From assembly GCF_000011805.1 (NCBI RefSeq), contig NC_006840.2: DNA of 32,000 bases; one strand, given 5' to 3'. The DNA comes from Aliivibrio fischeri ES114 (GTDB lineage Bacteria; Pseudomonadota; Gammaproteobacteria; Enterobacterales; Vibrionaceae). The notes under the pieces were generated by a model. It had not been told where the DNA came from. It made no database searches and saw nothing but the letters and a program-made list of their open reading frames with translations. Shown here piece after piece: positions 21,426 through 30,668 of the stretch. How positions within the stretch are numbered: the first letter of the stretch is position 1; each line of letters opens with the position of its first letter. A program made the translations under genes and the position numbers.

Positions 21426-22125
21426 GCCCTAACGCCTCTTTTAATTCTTTTACTCGGATTTTACGTCCGCCTTTATTTGGATCAATGGCCATCACGACTT
21501 CATACAATGCCAATGCTTCTTCGTTCATTTCAGCATCAAACAGTAGATCACCCGCGAGGCGAAACATTTTCACTTTTAGTGGTGCATTAGTAGCAAGTTT
21601 GCCTTCCAGCACATCGTTAACCGCACCACTTAACAACGCCGTGTTAAACGTTTTTTTGGCTTTATACGCTTCTTCTGAATATTTAAAAACAATATCACAA
21701 TACGCAGTTTGTCCATTTGACTTCCAATTTGCAGGGGTATTTAACCCACTCAAAATGGCCGCTTTAAAATCATCATGAATTTGCAATAAGAAACCACAAT
21801 CCACTTGCCACTGATAAAACCACCAAACTACATCAAGCCCTTCCAGATTATTGCCATGTGACTTGAGCAACTTGTTTATCAGTGGGGTGTATTTTTTTAT
21901 GAGTTCTTTTTTAAATGGCACTTTTTCGTTAGAACCAGCGAGCGTTCTTGAGTATTCCAAATCCATTTTTAAAATATTCTGGATCTCATCCCACGGCTTT
22001 TCTTCTAGCGGCGCTCTTGGTGCTGGTGTCAATTCGGCTTCTACTCGTTCCATTTCATTTAATTGGACTTGGTGAATATCTTGCTTTGCCGTTCGAGCCT
22101 TTCGTTTCAATAATAACGTGTACAT
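21418..22125 (-). CDS. Probable P2 gpM-like terminase small (endonuclease) subunit
   Basis: KKELIKKYTPLINKLLKSHGNNLEGLDVVWWFYQWQVDCGFLLQIHDDFKAAILSGLNTPANW...KVKMFRLAGDLLFDAEMNEEALALYEVVMAIDPNKGGRKIRVKELKEAL matches my recollection of the gpM family layout. Confidence 0.7.
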   Translation of the reverse strand: MYTLLLKRKARTAKQDIHQVQLNEMERVEAELTPAPRAPLEEKPWDEIQNILKMDLEYSRTLAGSNEKVPFKKELIKKYTPLINKLLKSHGNNLEGLDVVWWFYQWQVDCGFLLQIHDDFKAAILSGLNTPANWKSNGQTAYCDIVFKYSEEAYKAKKTFNTALLSGAVNDVLEGKLATNAPLKVKMFRLAGDLLFDAEMNEEALALYEVVMAIDPNKGGRKIRVKELKEALGHE

Positions 22126-22141
22126 ATCACCCCCATTTTTA

Positions 22142-22507
22142 TTATTGAGATATTAATTCATAGCCGTAAAACGTCACTTCTAACTGACCATCTTTAACAC
22201 TTAACTCCAACGGATCACCAACCCACGCATTCATTAATGTGTAGCTTTTTCCGCTGTTTGTGTTTAGCGTGAGGTTTTCACCTGTAAAATTTCGGATGTC
22301 CTCTTCATCCGTCGTTTTAGCGTGAGCAATTGTTACTTTAATGAATGGGGCACCATCAAACACTTCACCATGCCCCAACACGCCAGAGTCGCCCATTACT
22401 GGCTCTCGCTTTAAACCACCAAAATTAATTGTTGCGCCTTCTTTGGTTGGTAATCGTCCTAATGAACCGGCATCTAAAAAACCACGCGATGTGATTACTG
22501 TACTCAT
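22142..22507 (-). CDS. Mu gpM-like phage tail tube protein
   Basis: LPTKEGATINFGGLKREPVMGDSGVLGH...GENLTLNTNSGKSYTLMNAWVGDPLEL. Confidence 0.82.
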   Translation of the reverse strand: MSTVITSRGFLDAGSLGRLPTKEGATINFGGLKREPVMGDSGVLGHGEVFDGAPFIKVTIAHAKTTDEEDIRNFTGENLTLNTNSGKSYTLMNAWVGDPLELSVKDGQLEVTFYGYELISQ

Positions 22508-22532
22508 AACTTACTCCAAGAAACTCATTGAG

Positions 22533-23666
22533 TTACTTTCTAAATTGAATCTTACCTGCGGTAATAATCAAACCATTGATAAATTGAGGGCTGTCCTGAT
22601 AATTAATTCGGCTTTTATTGTTTGTATCTAACTCAACAATTAACGATTTCTTATAGCCTTCAAAATCTTGAACAATACCTTGATACTCTAATTCTTTATA
22701 AAGCGTTAACAGTGCGCCCTTGATCATGCTTGGGGTAGCAATGACTTGCCCAGGCGCAAAGTTGGTTCCGTCTTTCGCTAATTTATGACGACCATATTTG
22801 CTTTGAATTAATGAACGTTGCTTTTGTCGAAAATACATTGCTGTGGCTGGTGTCATTAGATCTAAATAACTGTTATCAGCCACGCCTGCTGCGTTTTCTG
22901 TGTATGCCGTTACTGGACGCTCAACCATGACTTCACGAGCGGATGAAACGGCGTAAGTTCCCATACCTTCATGCAGCAATAAGTTGCGTTCTGCCCAGTC
23001 GAACTCATTTGCAGCAATAGAGTAAACACCGTTTAGCTTTAATGTTTGCAATGGGCGACAAGGATCATTAGCTAACGATGGGGCAATTTGTCCGGCCCAT
23101 GCTGCCAATGCTTCTGCTTCACTCAATTCGGTATTCGCTGAATCACCTACATCATTGATTGACATAAAACCAATTAATGGGCAGTTAGATTTTGAACCAA
23201 ATGTCACTAGCTCGGCGTGATTGGCTTTTTTGGCTAAATACGCAATACCAGGGATCATTTGCAACGCTTCATAACGTTTATCCAAAAACTCACCCAACTG
23301 GCGAATACTGGCATCGTCGTTTAATGAACAGATAATGTGATGATATTGCTTATCACCCAACGCAGCTAAAGCGCTAACTAAATCCGAACCTTCAACGCTA
23401 ACCGCATAAATCGGCATGCTTTCGTTTTGCTTAGTGAAGTATTTCAGCATTTTAGTGATGTCTGATTCACCAAACTGATCACGAGCTGAATCTTCATTCA
23501 TGCAAAGTACCACGGTATTTGCTGCCACTTTCGCATCAGCAATCGCATTACCAATCACAAGAACAAGCTGTTGGTCTTCTGCACTGTTTGCCTGGCTATT
23601 ATCAATTTCAATATAAACACCGGGTACTAATGCATTATTTGGAACTTCACTAAAACTAATGCTCAT
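22533..23666 (-). CDS. Mu gpL-like contractile tail sheath protein
   Basis: SISFSEVPNNALVPGVYIEIDNSQA...; order DUF2635-sheath-tube as in Mu. Confidence 0.88.
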   Translation of the reverse strand: MSISFSEVPNNALVPGVYIEIDNSQANSAEDQQLVLVIGNAIADAKVAANTVVLCMNEDSARDQFGESDITKMLKYFTKQNESMPIYAVSVEGSDLVSALAALGDKQYHHIICSLNDDASIRQLGEFLDKRYEALQMIPGIAYLAKKANHAELVTFGSKSNCPLIGFMSINDVGDSANTELSEAEALAAWAGQIAPSLANDPCRPLQTLKLNGVYSIAANEFDWAERNLLLHEGMGTYAVSSAREVMVERPVTAYTENAAGVADNSYLDLMTPATAMYFRQKQRSLIQSKYGRHKLAKDGTNFAPGQVIATPSMIKGALLTLYKELEYQGIVQDFEGYKKSLIVELDTNNKSRINYQDSPQFINGLIITAGKIQFRK

Positions 23667-23833
23667 TATTCGGTTTCCTTTATTTTTTTTGTTTTAACAA
23701 TTCCGACTGACCCTTCTTTTAGACGGCGTAACCAATAGATGTTTCTTGGCTTTTCTTCCCCTGTCTTTTTTAATGGCTGTCGTGTTTCAGGATCACGGAC
23801 AAGCAATCCTTTTACTGGCTTTAGTGTTAGCAT
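23666..23833 (-). CDS. Mu gp38-like DUF2635 small protein (55 aa, not in supplied track)
   Basis: Translated here: MLTLKPVKGLLVRDPETRQPLKKTGEEKPRNIYWLRRLKEGSVGIVKTKKIKETE; start/stop overlaps sheath gene start. Confidence 0.82.
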   Translation of the reverse strand: MLTLKPVKGLLVRDPETRQPLKKTGEEKPRNIYWLRRLKEGSVGIVKTKKIKETE

Positions 23834-24355
23834 TTAACTCTCCACGCTTGCTTTGTAATGTTCGGCCACCATGGCAAGCAACTCTCGCTCAAACGATGGT
23901 GTCCAACCGATGATGGTTCGCTTTGGCATTTTATAGTTTCGTTTTACGGCTGTTCCGCCTTCCCATCGACTGGTGTTTGAATTGTAGAAACCATTCACTC
24001 TCGTCGTGAACGAAACGCTTTTACCTTCATTGTGAACTCTGGCCATATTGCCAACTACGCCAGCCAAACCCACTTCAAAGTCATCTTTACTTACTCTGGT
24101 TCTTAATGCGCGACCAAACCCAAGCAGCATGTTTTTATTGTCTTTCGCTTTTTTGCTCTTGCTGTCTAATGTGATTTTTCGTCTGGCTCTTTTCTTATAA
24201 GCTTTACCATCAATATCACGCTGCTGTCGGATCTGCTGCCTAAAGAACTGCCGAGAACGGTTGGCCAATCGTCGATTTAATTCAAATGCTTCTGCATCGG
24301 TTAACAGCAAGTTGTTAATTGCATGGCTTAATTGCTCTGGGCTAGTTAACTGCAT
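23834..24355 (-). CDS. Phage virion morphogenesis / tail completion protein (P2 gpS / Mu gpG-like)
   Basis: Basic N-terminal half, ARVHNEGKSVSF, PKRTIIGWTPSFERELL. Confidence 0.82.
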   Translation of the reverse strand: MQLTSPEQLSHAINNLLLTDAEAFELNRRLANRSRQFFRQQIRQQRDIDGKAYKKRARRKITLDSKSKKAKDNKNMLLGFGRALRTRVSKDDFEVGLAGVVGNMARVHNEGKSVSFTTRVNGFYNSNTSRWEGGTAVKRNYKMPKRTIIGWTPSFERELLAMVAEHYKASVES

Positions 24356-24819
24356 GATGCTGGTAAATCCTTAGGCCCATTAATGAACTGAAGTGATAGT
24401 AAATCCTCTTCTACCACCGCCTCTTCAAATTGACTGACACACTCGTATCGAATGCCATTTTGCAACCAACTGCCCTTTTCATTTTCAATAAGCGAATAGG
24501 ACTCTTGGATATCAATACGCAACTTAATATCGCACTTGCCTTTATCTAACAGTTCTGTCGCAAAGGATGGTGGTGCTAACCCTTTTTCTTCACGGGCCAC
24601 ATCATATTTATTAAGCCAGGCGATCAGATGCATCATTAAAATATGCGGTTGAATCTCTGCTGAATAGATATCAACCAAAACGGTATAAGCAATATCGAAT
24701 CCATCAACAATCAAGCCTTGGGTACATATCAACTCGCCATCTTCTGCCCACACGTTTAAGTGTTTAGGTTCAGTAACATGATGGGCAAATAACTCACTTA
24801 AACTTTGCAGCGCTTTCAT
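24346..24819 (-). CDS. Phage tail completion protein (P2 gpR-like)
   Basis: MKALQSLSELFAHHV...; position between gpL-like and gpS-like genes, overlapping starts/stops. Confidence 0.78.
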   Translation of the reverse strand: MKALQSLSELFAHHVTEPKHLNVWAEDGELICTQGLIVDGFDIAYTVLVDIYSAEIQPHILMMHLIAWLNKYDVAREEKGLAPPSFATELLDKGKCDIKLRIDIQESYSLIENEKGSWLQNGIRYECVSQFEEAVVEEDLLSLQFINGPKDLPASCS

Positions 24820-25268
24820 TACACCACCGCAAAAAAGTAGGTTTCTTTACCGTTAAGCAATAAATCAATCGCACGACGATATTGAACTAATGCATGATCA
24901 GCTTTTGCTTGAATGGCCTCTTGTCTGTCTGCCGCCTCTTTTGTGGCATTCATGCTTAATTGATTGTTAATAATGGCATTCGCAGCTAATGAAAATACAG
25001 CTTGTTTGTATAACAGCGTTCCTGTTTGTGTTTCACCAAACCGCTCCATTGATAACGCATCCAGTGTTTTAAATGGTGTTATGGTTTCCATTAGTTCACG
25101 ATTTACTGTCACTCTCGCAACGGTTGCATTGTGTAAAATTCCCGCTTCTGTTTCATCGCTCAAAAAATGAAACACACGCTGAAACTCTGATATTGCTAGT
25201 TCTGGATAGATATCTGTCTTTGGTAGCACCGATGCATATTCTTCGTCTTTATTTCCAACAAACTGCAT
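24819..25268 (-). CDS. Phage head completion protein (P2 gpL-like)
   Basis: YPELAISEFQRVFHF...TLLYKQAVFSLAANAIINNQ...ADRQEAIQAKADHALVQYRRAIDLLLNGK. Confidence 0.85.
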   Translation of the reverse strand: MQFVGNKDEEYASVLPKTDIYPELAISEFQRVFHFLSDETEAGILHNATVARVTVNRELMETITPFKTLDALSMERFGETQTGTLLYKQAVFSLAANAIINNQLSMNATKEAADRQEAIQAKADHALVQYRRAIDLLLNGKETYFFAVV

Positions 25269-25379
25269 AAGAACCTCGTTAGGTGCAGGCTAAACACTTA
25301 GCTAATAGCAAAACATAAACTCTTTTGATAAAGCGGTGTTTGCCTGCATGGGGGGTGTACTTTTATTGAATCAGTGTGG

Positions 25380-26414
25380 TTATACCCACGCGCCATCAAT
25401 CCATAATTTCACGTTATCAAACTCAAGCGCTGCGGCTTTTGCTAACTGCTCAACAACATAAGCCATGTTCATTGATTCAAAGTTTTCAATTTGATCACGC
25501 TTATCATTCTTTACTGCAACAGAGCGTCGAATTGAATCTTTTTGAATGTAAAGAGAAAGGTTCTTAAAGCTTGTGACAAAAATCCCTGTTGGCGGGAACG
25601 ATGGCGGACAGAACGCAGGTAAACCGCCGTAAGTGCCGATCACTTGTTTGTCTTCAATTAATGACTTCTCACTCGGCGTGTTGCCGTGTGCTGTATAAAA
25701 TTTAGCTTTATCGTATGCAAGAAGATCAGAACCAATCAGGGCTACTAAATCATTTGCATTTGCGCATTCATCAGCAAGTAATCCCTTCACGTTCATCACG
25801 GCCAAATCAAGATTAATAAAATCACCGCCTTCACCAATGCGAATTTCGTTTGCGGTTTCACCTTGAGTCAACATTGCATCAGGATTGTTGTCACGAATGG
25901 CTTGGAACCAACCTTTACAAACATCTTCACCATTCGGGTTTGCTGATGCATCTGTATCTTCTGCACAAGATTTGCCATACCAACCGATAGTCACTTTATT
26001 CATGTCGATTTGCTCTCGCGTTTGCGAGTTAATGAGCTGATTAAAATTAGGGAGGTGCGCAAACGCATCTAACTGCTCGTAACGAATGTGCGAATCAAAA
26101 TCCACCTTTTCACACAAATACGGCATCGGCTTCATGTTGTATACCGCTTTCGTTTGGCGCTCTTTGCCTGCTTTTGTGTTTGTTCGGCTCGCAATCATTC
26201 CTGTCACGCCAAGGCCAATCGCTTCACCTTTTTGGTTGCTTACTGGCACAATATTAATTTTACCCAGCAACCAATTTCGCTCACGAATTTGAGCAATGAT
26301 TTTTTGAGCGCCATTAGGCGTAACATTAAATTTTTCAGTTACATCTGATACGTTATTTGATGCAGCAACGGCTTTTTTATAACCCTCTACTGCTAATTTT
26401 GTTTTCTTTTGCAT
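25380..26414 (-). CDS. Major capsid protein (P2 gpN-like)
   Basis: Follows scaffold gene; INIVPVSNQKGEAIGLGVTGMIASRT, IGWYGKSCAEDTDASANPNGEDVCKGW. Confidence 0.9.
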   Translation of the reverse strand: MQKKTKLAVEGYKKAVAASNNVSDVTEKFNVTPNGAQKIIAQIRERNWLLGKINIVPVSNQKGEAIGLGVTGMIASRTNTKAGKERQTKAVYNMKPMPYLCEKVDFDSHIRYEQLDAFAHLPNFNQLINSQTREQIDMNKVTIGWYGKSCAEDTDASANPNGEDVCKGWFQAIRDNNPDAMLTQGETANEIRIGEGGDFINLDLAVMNVKGLLADECANANDLVALIGSDLLAYDKAKFYTAHGNTPSEKSLIEDKQVIGTYGGLPAFCPPSFPPTGIFVTSFKNLSLYIQKDSIRRSVAVKNDKRDQIENFESMNMAYVVEQLAKAAALEFDNVKLWIDGAWV

Positions 26415-26476
26415 TATTTAAAATCCACTATTTTTTTAGAATAAAAAGAGAAGGAGAAAGATCACTAAACGACTAT

Positions 26477-27289
26477 TTATAAATACTCAGTATCGCCATC
26501 GACACCCGCTAGATTTCGATTTGGTTCATCAGTGATGTTGCTTAGTTTGGTTACCACATCGTCTAACTTAGTCGATAACGCATCCACTTTTTCTGCCAAC
26601 TCTGTTTCATTATTTTCTTCTTCAACAGGGGCACTTTCTTCTTTGTTAAGCGTTGCTGCTAAACTTGTTACCTGAGCTGTCAATGCGGTAACCGCTGCAG
26701 TTTGTGCTTGCAGTAATTCTTTTAATTCTTCGTTCATGTCTTCACTCTCTTCTAATGATTGAGTTTTATCCGGCTCACCTAAGCTCAGGAGTTGTTTAAG
26801 TCTCGACAAGAATTTACGGTCTTCTTGTACGTCTACGTCAATATTGTTTGATAAATCATCTTTGCTGATGGTCGCCCCACTGCTGAAGTACGATTTATCT
26901 TTGTTTTTTTCTTTTGCTGATAAGTGCATTTCAGTCGTACCGACGGAGGCGGGCTCATCGGTCAATGCCAATCCGGTCAAGTAGCTTTTACCCGTCCCCT
27001 GAAAATTCGCTCGAATTTCACATGAGGTATGAAGCAACTGCCCTTTTTCAATTGTGCTCAGCAAAAGTGAATTTGGCTTTAACACTGCGAATAACTGATC
27101 ATCTCGTTTTTCAACTGAAAGGACTGAACCAAACTTATCACTCCATGACCAATGTTCTTCATTGATTCGAGCGTTATAGCGTTTTGGGTCATACGTCTCT
27201 GCAATATCATCAATGACAGATTGTTCAATATTACGACCGTCTACCGTTGGCCCTGCTGTTAAGATGCAAATCGGCTCTGATACAAACAT
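26477..27289 (-). CDS. Capsid scaffolding/protease protein (P2 gpO-like)
   Basis: YDPKRYNARINEEHW...LTGLALTDEPASVGTTEMHLSAK; acidic coiled-coil C-terminus. Confidence 0.9.
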   Translation of the reverse strand: MFVSEPICILTAGPTVDGRNIEQSVIDDIAETYDPKRYNARINEEHWSWSDKFGSVLSVEKRDDQLFAVLKPNSLLLSTIEKGQLLHTSCEIRANFQGTGKSYLTGLALTDEPASVGTTEMHLSAKEKNKDKSYFSSGATISKDDLSNNIDVDVQEDRKFLSRLKQLLSLGEPDKTQSLEESEDMNEELKELLQAQTAAVTALTAQVTSLAATLNKEESAPVEEENNETELAEKVDALSTKLDDVVTKLSNITDEPNRNLAGVDGDTEYL

Positions 27290-27358
27290 GCTGCTTATCT
27301 CCTAAATTTTCTGATTTTAATTTAGCGAAAATACACGTCTTTTTATATTCATCCTGTT

Positions 27359-27379
27359 TCTATATTCGGTATATAGAAT
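27359..27379. promoter_or_regulatory. Palindrome in divergent O/P intergenic region, candidate late-gene operator
   Basis: TTCTATAT-TCGGT-ATATAGAA. Confidence 0.35.
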
Positions 27380-27402
27380 CCTGATTTACTGAGGGATTTC
27401 TT

Positions 27403-29187
27403 TTGTTATTGCACACTGTAATGATGAAAATGAACTCACCTATTCCACCCGAAAAACCTATTTATACCCAAGTGCAGACTTGCGCTCTGGGGTATTACTT
27501 ACGCCAGTACAAAACGGCTGAAATTGCCGAAGCGTTGGATATTGCGCCGAGAACGGTTCAACAATGGATTGCTAAATTTGGCTGGAAACAAATGCGTGAT
27601 GATGCGCCTGTTGAGTTGATGCTTCGACAACGAATTGCGTATTTGCTCTGGGTAGACCAAAAGCATGAATCTCAGCTCAAAGAGCTTGAAACGTTACTTG
27701 AACAAAAATACAAACGTGACGCAGCTGAACGTCGACGAACAACGCCGAAACACTCTGGCGGTTATGTTGATGAGAAACGCGGAAGACCGAGCAATAAAGT
27801 TAAAAATGACATTTCGTGTATTACTGCAGAGATGCTTGCTGATTTTCGTGAAAAAACATTCTTTGCGTATCAAAAAGACATTCACGCTCAAAAATGCAAT
27901 GACGAATTAAACGAGTTCCGTTTTTATTTGAAATCTCGCCAAATCGGTTTGACGTATTACTTTGCTTTTGAAGCCTTTGAAGATGCGATCATTAATGGCG
28001 ATAACCAGGTGTTTTTGTCTGCATCTCGTAAGCAATCTGAAATATTTAAAAACTACATTCGCAAATTTGCGCTTGAGATTGGTGACGTTGAACTCAAAGG
28101 TAAAGATGAGCTGCAGTTAAGCAATGGTGCCACGCTTTACTTTTTATCTACGAACGCAAGAACGAGCCAAGGCTTTAACGGCCACGTTTATTTTGATGAA
28201 GTGTTTTGGATCCCTAAATTTGGTGAATTAGATGATTACGCTGGCGGTATGTCTATTCAATCCAAATACCGCACCACTTATTTATCTACGCCATCAACGA
28301 CAGCTCACGAAGCTTATCCAAAATGGACAGGTGACAAATCACTTGGCATTGATATTAGCCACAAAGCATTAAAAAAAGGCTCACTTGGCAGCGATGGCAT
28401 ATTCCGCCAAATCATCACGATTGATGATGCGATTGAAGGCGGCGCTACGTTCTTCAATATGGACAAACTACGCCGTAAATATCCTGATAAATCCGTATTT
28501 AATAACTTACTTCGCTGTGTGTTCTTAGATGATGCTTCGTCTTTCTTTAGCATTAAATCACTGCTTGCTTGTAAGACTGATACAGATAATTGGAAAGATG
28601 TTGATTTAGAATCGCTTCACCCGGTTGGCCGTCGTGAAGTGCTTGTTGGATATGATCCGCGAGGTGGCGGACAAGGTGAAGGCGCGGATGATGCAGGGTT
28701 AATTGTTTCTCTTAAGCCGATTATTAAAGGGGGTGCGTTCCGATTTATTGAACGTGTTCGCTTAAAAGGCTCTAGTTATGAAGATCAAGCCGCTGCAATT
28801 GAAGCTATTTGCAAAAAATACAATGTCGTTTATTTAGCCATTGATGTTGGCGGTGTCGGCTCTGCTGTTGCGGAGTTAGTAAGAAAATTTTATCCAGGCT
28901 TAACTACGTTAGATTATTCGCCAGAAATGAAGCGAATGATGGCATACAAAGCTCGTGAAATTATTAATGCTGGCCGACTTCAATTTGATAATGAGTGGGA
29001 TGACTTGGTGCATTCTTTCTTAATGATCCGTCAACATACAACAAAAATGAGCAATCAAATTACATTTGTGTCTGCTCGTAACAAAGTAGGCTCTCATGCT
29101 GATTTAGCCTGGGCAGCAATGCACGTTTTACATTGGGAGCCTATCGACATTTTACGCGATGACTCAACCACCGTTTCATTCTTATAA
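27403..29187 (+). CDS. Terminase large (ATPase) subunit, P2 gpP-like
   Basis: N-terminal HTH-like TAEIAEALDIAPRTVQQWIAKFGW; SRQIGLTYYFAFEAF; GHVYFDEVFWI. Confidence 0.93.
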   Translation: MLLHTVMMKMNSPIPPEKPIYTQVQTCALGYYLRQYKTAEIAEALDIAPRTVQQWIAKFGWKQMRDDAPVELMLRQRIAYLLWVDQKHESQLKELETLLEQKYKRDAAERRRTTPKHSGGYVDEKRGRPSNKVKNDISCITAEMLADFREKTFFAYQKDIHAQKCNDELNEFRFYLKSRQIGLTYYFAFEAFEDAIINGDNQVFLSASRKQSEIFKNYIRKFALEIGDVELKGKDELQLSNGATLYFLSTNARTSQGFNGHVYFDEVFWIPKFGELDDYAGGMSIQSKYRTTYLSTPSTTAHEAYPKWTGDKSLGIDISHKALKKGSLGSDGIFRQIITIDDAIEGGATFFNMDKLRRKYPDKSVFNNLLRCVFLDDASSFFSIKSLLACKTDTDNWKDVDLESLHPVGRREVLVGYDPRGGGQGEGADDAGLIVSLKPIIKGGAFRFIERVRLKGSSYEDQAAAIEAICKKYNVVYLAIDVGGVGSAVAELVRKFYPGLTTLDYSPEMKRMMAYKAREIINAGRLQFDNEWDDLVHSFLMIRQHTTKMSNQITFVSARNKVGSHADLAWAAMHVLHWEPIDILRDDSTTVSFL

Positions 29188-29198
29188 GAGAGTATATT

Positions 29199-30170
29199 TT
29201 GATAACTTTTGACGTACCTGAAAGTGTAATGACGAGTGATATTCTCAGTTACATGGAAACCGCACTTGTTGATGGGTTATATGAACCACCCATCCCACTT
29301 GAAACACTTGCAAAAGCAACACGCGCAAATGCTATGCACGGTTCTGCATTATATGTAAAAAGTTGCATGGCTTCATATACTGCAAAATTATCTCCAATCA
29401 TCAGTAAGCGTGATTTTAAACGCTTTATTTATGATTACTTGGTGTTTGGGAATGGGTATTTATTGATTGTGCGAAATGCATTTAATGATGTTGTGAAAAT
29501 AAAGCATTTACCCGCGCTTTATATGCGAGCACAAGCCACCATTGGACGGTATACCTATAAACCAAATACTTACAATGACGAGGGACGCATTGATTATAAA
29601 CAAGGACAGGTTTTTCACTTAAAAGAGTACGATATTTGCCAAGAGATATACGGCATGCCGCAATACATTGGCTCTCTAAGTTCAATTTGGCTAAATGAAG
29701 ATGCTACCTTGTTTCGCCGCAAGTACTACATCAACGGGGCGCATGCGGGTTATTTGCTTTACATGAATGATCCGAATTTAACCGGCGAACAAGAAAAAGA
29801 GATTGAAAACAAATTAAAGAAACAAGCAGGGATTGGGGCATTTAAAAATTTATTCATTAACGGTAAGGGCAAAGATGGAAAACCGCCAGAACTGACACCA
29901 ATCGGACAAGTTGAAGCCAAGGATGCATTTAAAGATGTGAAAGGTATGACGACAAATGACGTACTTGCTAGTCATCGCATTCCACTGGATTTAATGAGCA
30001 TTGTTCGTGAGGGATTCAGCTCAAGCGGTGATTTAAATAAAGTGGACCGTATTTTTTATAAGAATGAATTGGTACCGCTTTTAGAATCGGTTTGTGAACT
30101 CAATGATTTTATTGATGCGGATGTGATTTCAATTAATGATTACGTGGCGTTAGATCAGAGCGCTGCATAA
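29199..30170 (+). CDS. Phage portal protein (P2 gpQ-like)
   Basis: FERDFKRF-type region (SKRDFKRFIYDYLVFGNGYLL), YGMPQYIGSLSSIWLNEDATLFRRKYYINGAHAGYLLY, HRIPLDLMSIV. Confidence 0.94.
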   Translation: MITFDVPESVMTSDILSYMETALVDGLYEPPIPLETLAKATRANAMHGSALYVKSCMASYTAKLSPIISKRDFKRFIYDYLVFGNGYLLIVRNAFNDVVKIKHLPALYMRAQATIGRYTYKPNTYNDEGRIDYKQGQVFHLKEYDICQEIYGMPQYIGSLSSIWLNEDATLFRRKYYINGAHAGYLLYMNDPNLTGEQEKEIENKLKKQAGIGAFKNLFINGKGKDGKPPELTPIGQVEAKDAFKDVKGMTTNDVLASHRIPLDLMSIVREGFSSSGDLNKVDRIFYKNELVPLLESVCELNDFIDADVISINDYVALDQSAA

Positions 30171-30423
30171 GTTCAACAAGAGAACGATGCTTTGCTCTGC
30201 ATTCTTGATATTGAATAATAACCGCTCTTGTCCATTTGGCATGAGCGGTTTTTTCTATTGTTGCTGGTAACGGTAACGGATCACAAAGTGTAGTTAAAGC
30301 GCTATCAATTGTACGATTAATATTTATTTGCTGTGTTGATGATATGCTGTAATTCGAGCAACTCGTTATCATCAACGTTATTGCACTGACAAGAATCGCT
30401 TTCTTGATGCGTAAATGTGAAAT
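30133..30423 (-). CDS. Rz1-like outer membrane spanin lipoprotein (LysC-like); track ORF starts at 30447
   Basis: Signal and lipobox-like ILVSAITLMITSCSN; overlaps the Rz-like gene in another frame; start chosen at MISHLRIKK. Confidence 0.65.
   Translation of the reverse strand: MSHLRIKKAILVSAITLMITSCSNYSISSTQQININRTIDSALTTLCDPLPLPATIEKTAHAKWTRAVIIQYQECRAKHRSLVELMQRSDLTPRNH
30221..30254 (+). terminator. Rho-independent terminator of terminase/portal transcript, inside the opposing Rz1-like CDS
   Basis: ACCGCTC...GAGCGGTTTTTTT. Confidence 0.75.
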
Positions 30424-30667
30424 CATATTGCGCCACTTCTTTATCAAATTGATATTGCTTATTTAAATACTGCTCAACTATTACTTTGTCTTTAGCTATG
30501 TCTTTATTTGTTTCATCAACTATCTTGCGTGTTAGCTCTGTTTCTCTTGATTGCATTTGGAACATGGCAAGCTGAAAGCCGTTATCATGTCCTTGTCGAT
30601 ATACCCCCCAAACTGCAGCGATAATCAAAGATATACAGATAACAATTGTGATTAATTTAACTTGCAT
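30317..30667 (-). CDS. Rz-like inner membrane spanin; track ORF extends to 30718, likely start MQVKLITIVICIS
   Basis: N-terminal TM segment followed by charged helical domain; overlapping Rz1-like ORF. Confidence 0.7.
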   Translation of the reverse strand: MQVKLITIVICISLIIAAVWGVYRQGHDNGFQLAMFQMQSRETELTRKIVDETNKDIAKDKVIVEQYLNKQYQFDKEVAQYDFTFTHQESDSCQCNNVDDNELLELQHIINTANKY

Positions 30668-30668
30668 G

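Noticed and set aside
21200-26348. Plus-strand ORFs opposite the tail/head operon (e.g. 21485..21778, 22341..22631, 26088..26348, 26914..27165)
   Set aside because: All antisense to coherent, overlapping phage structural genes.
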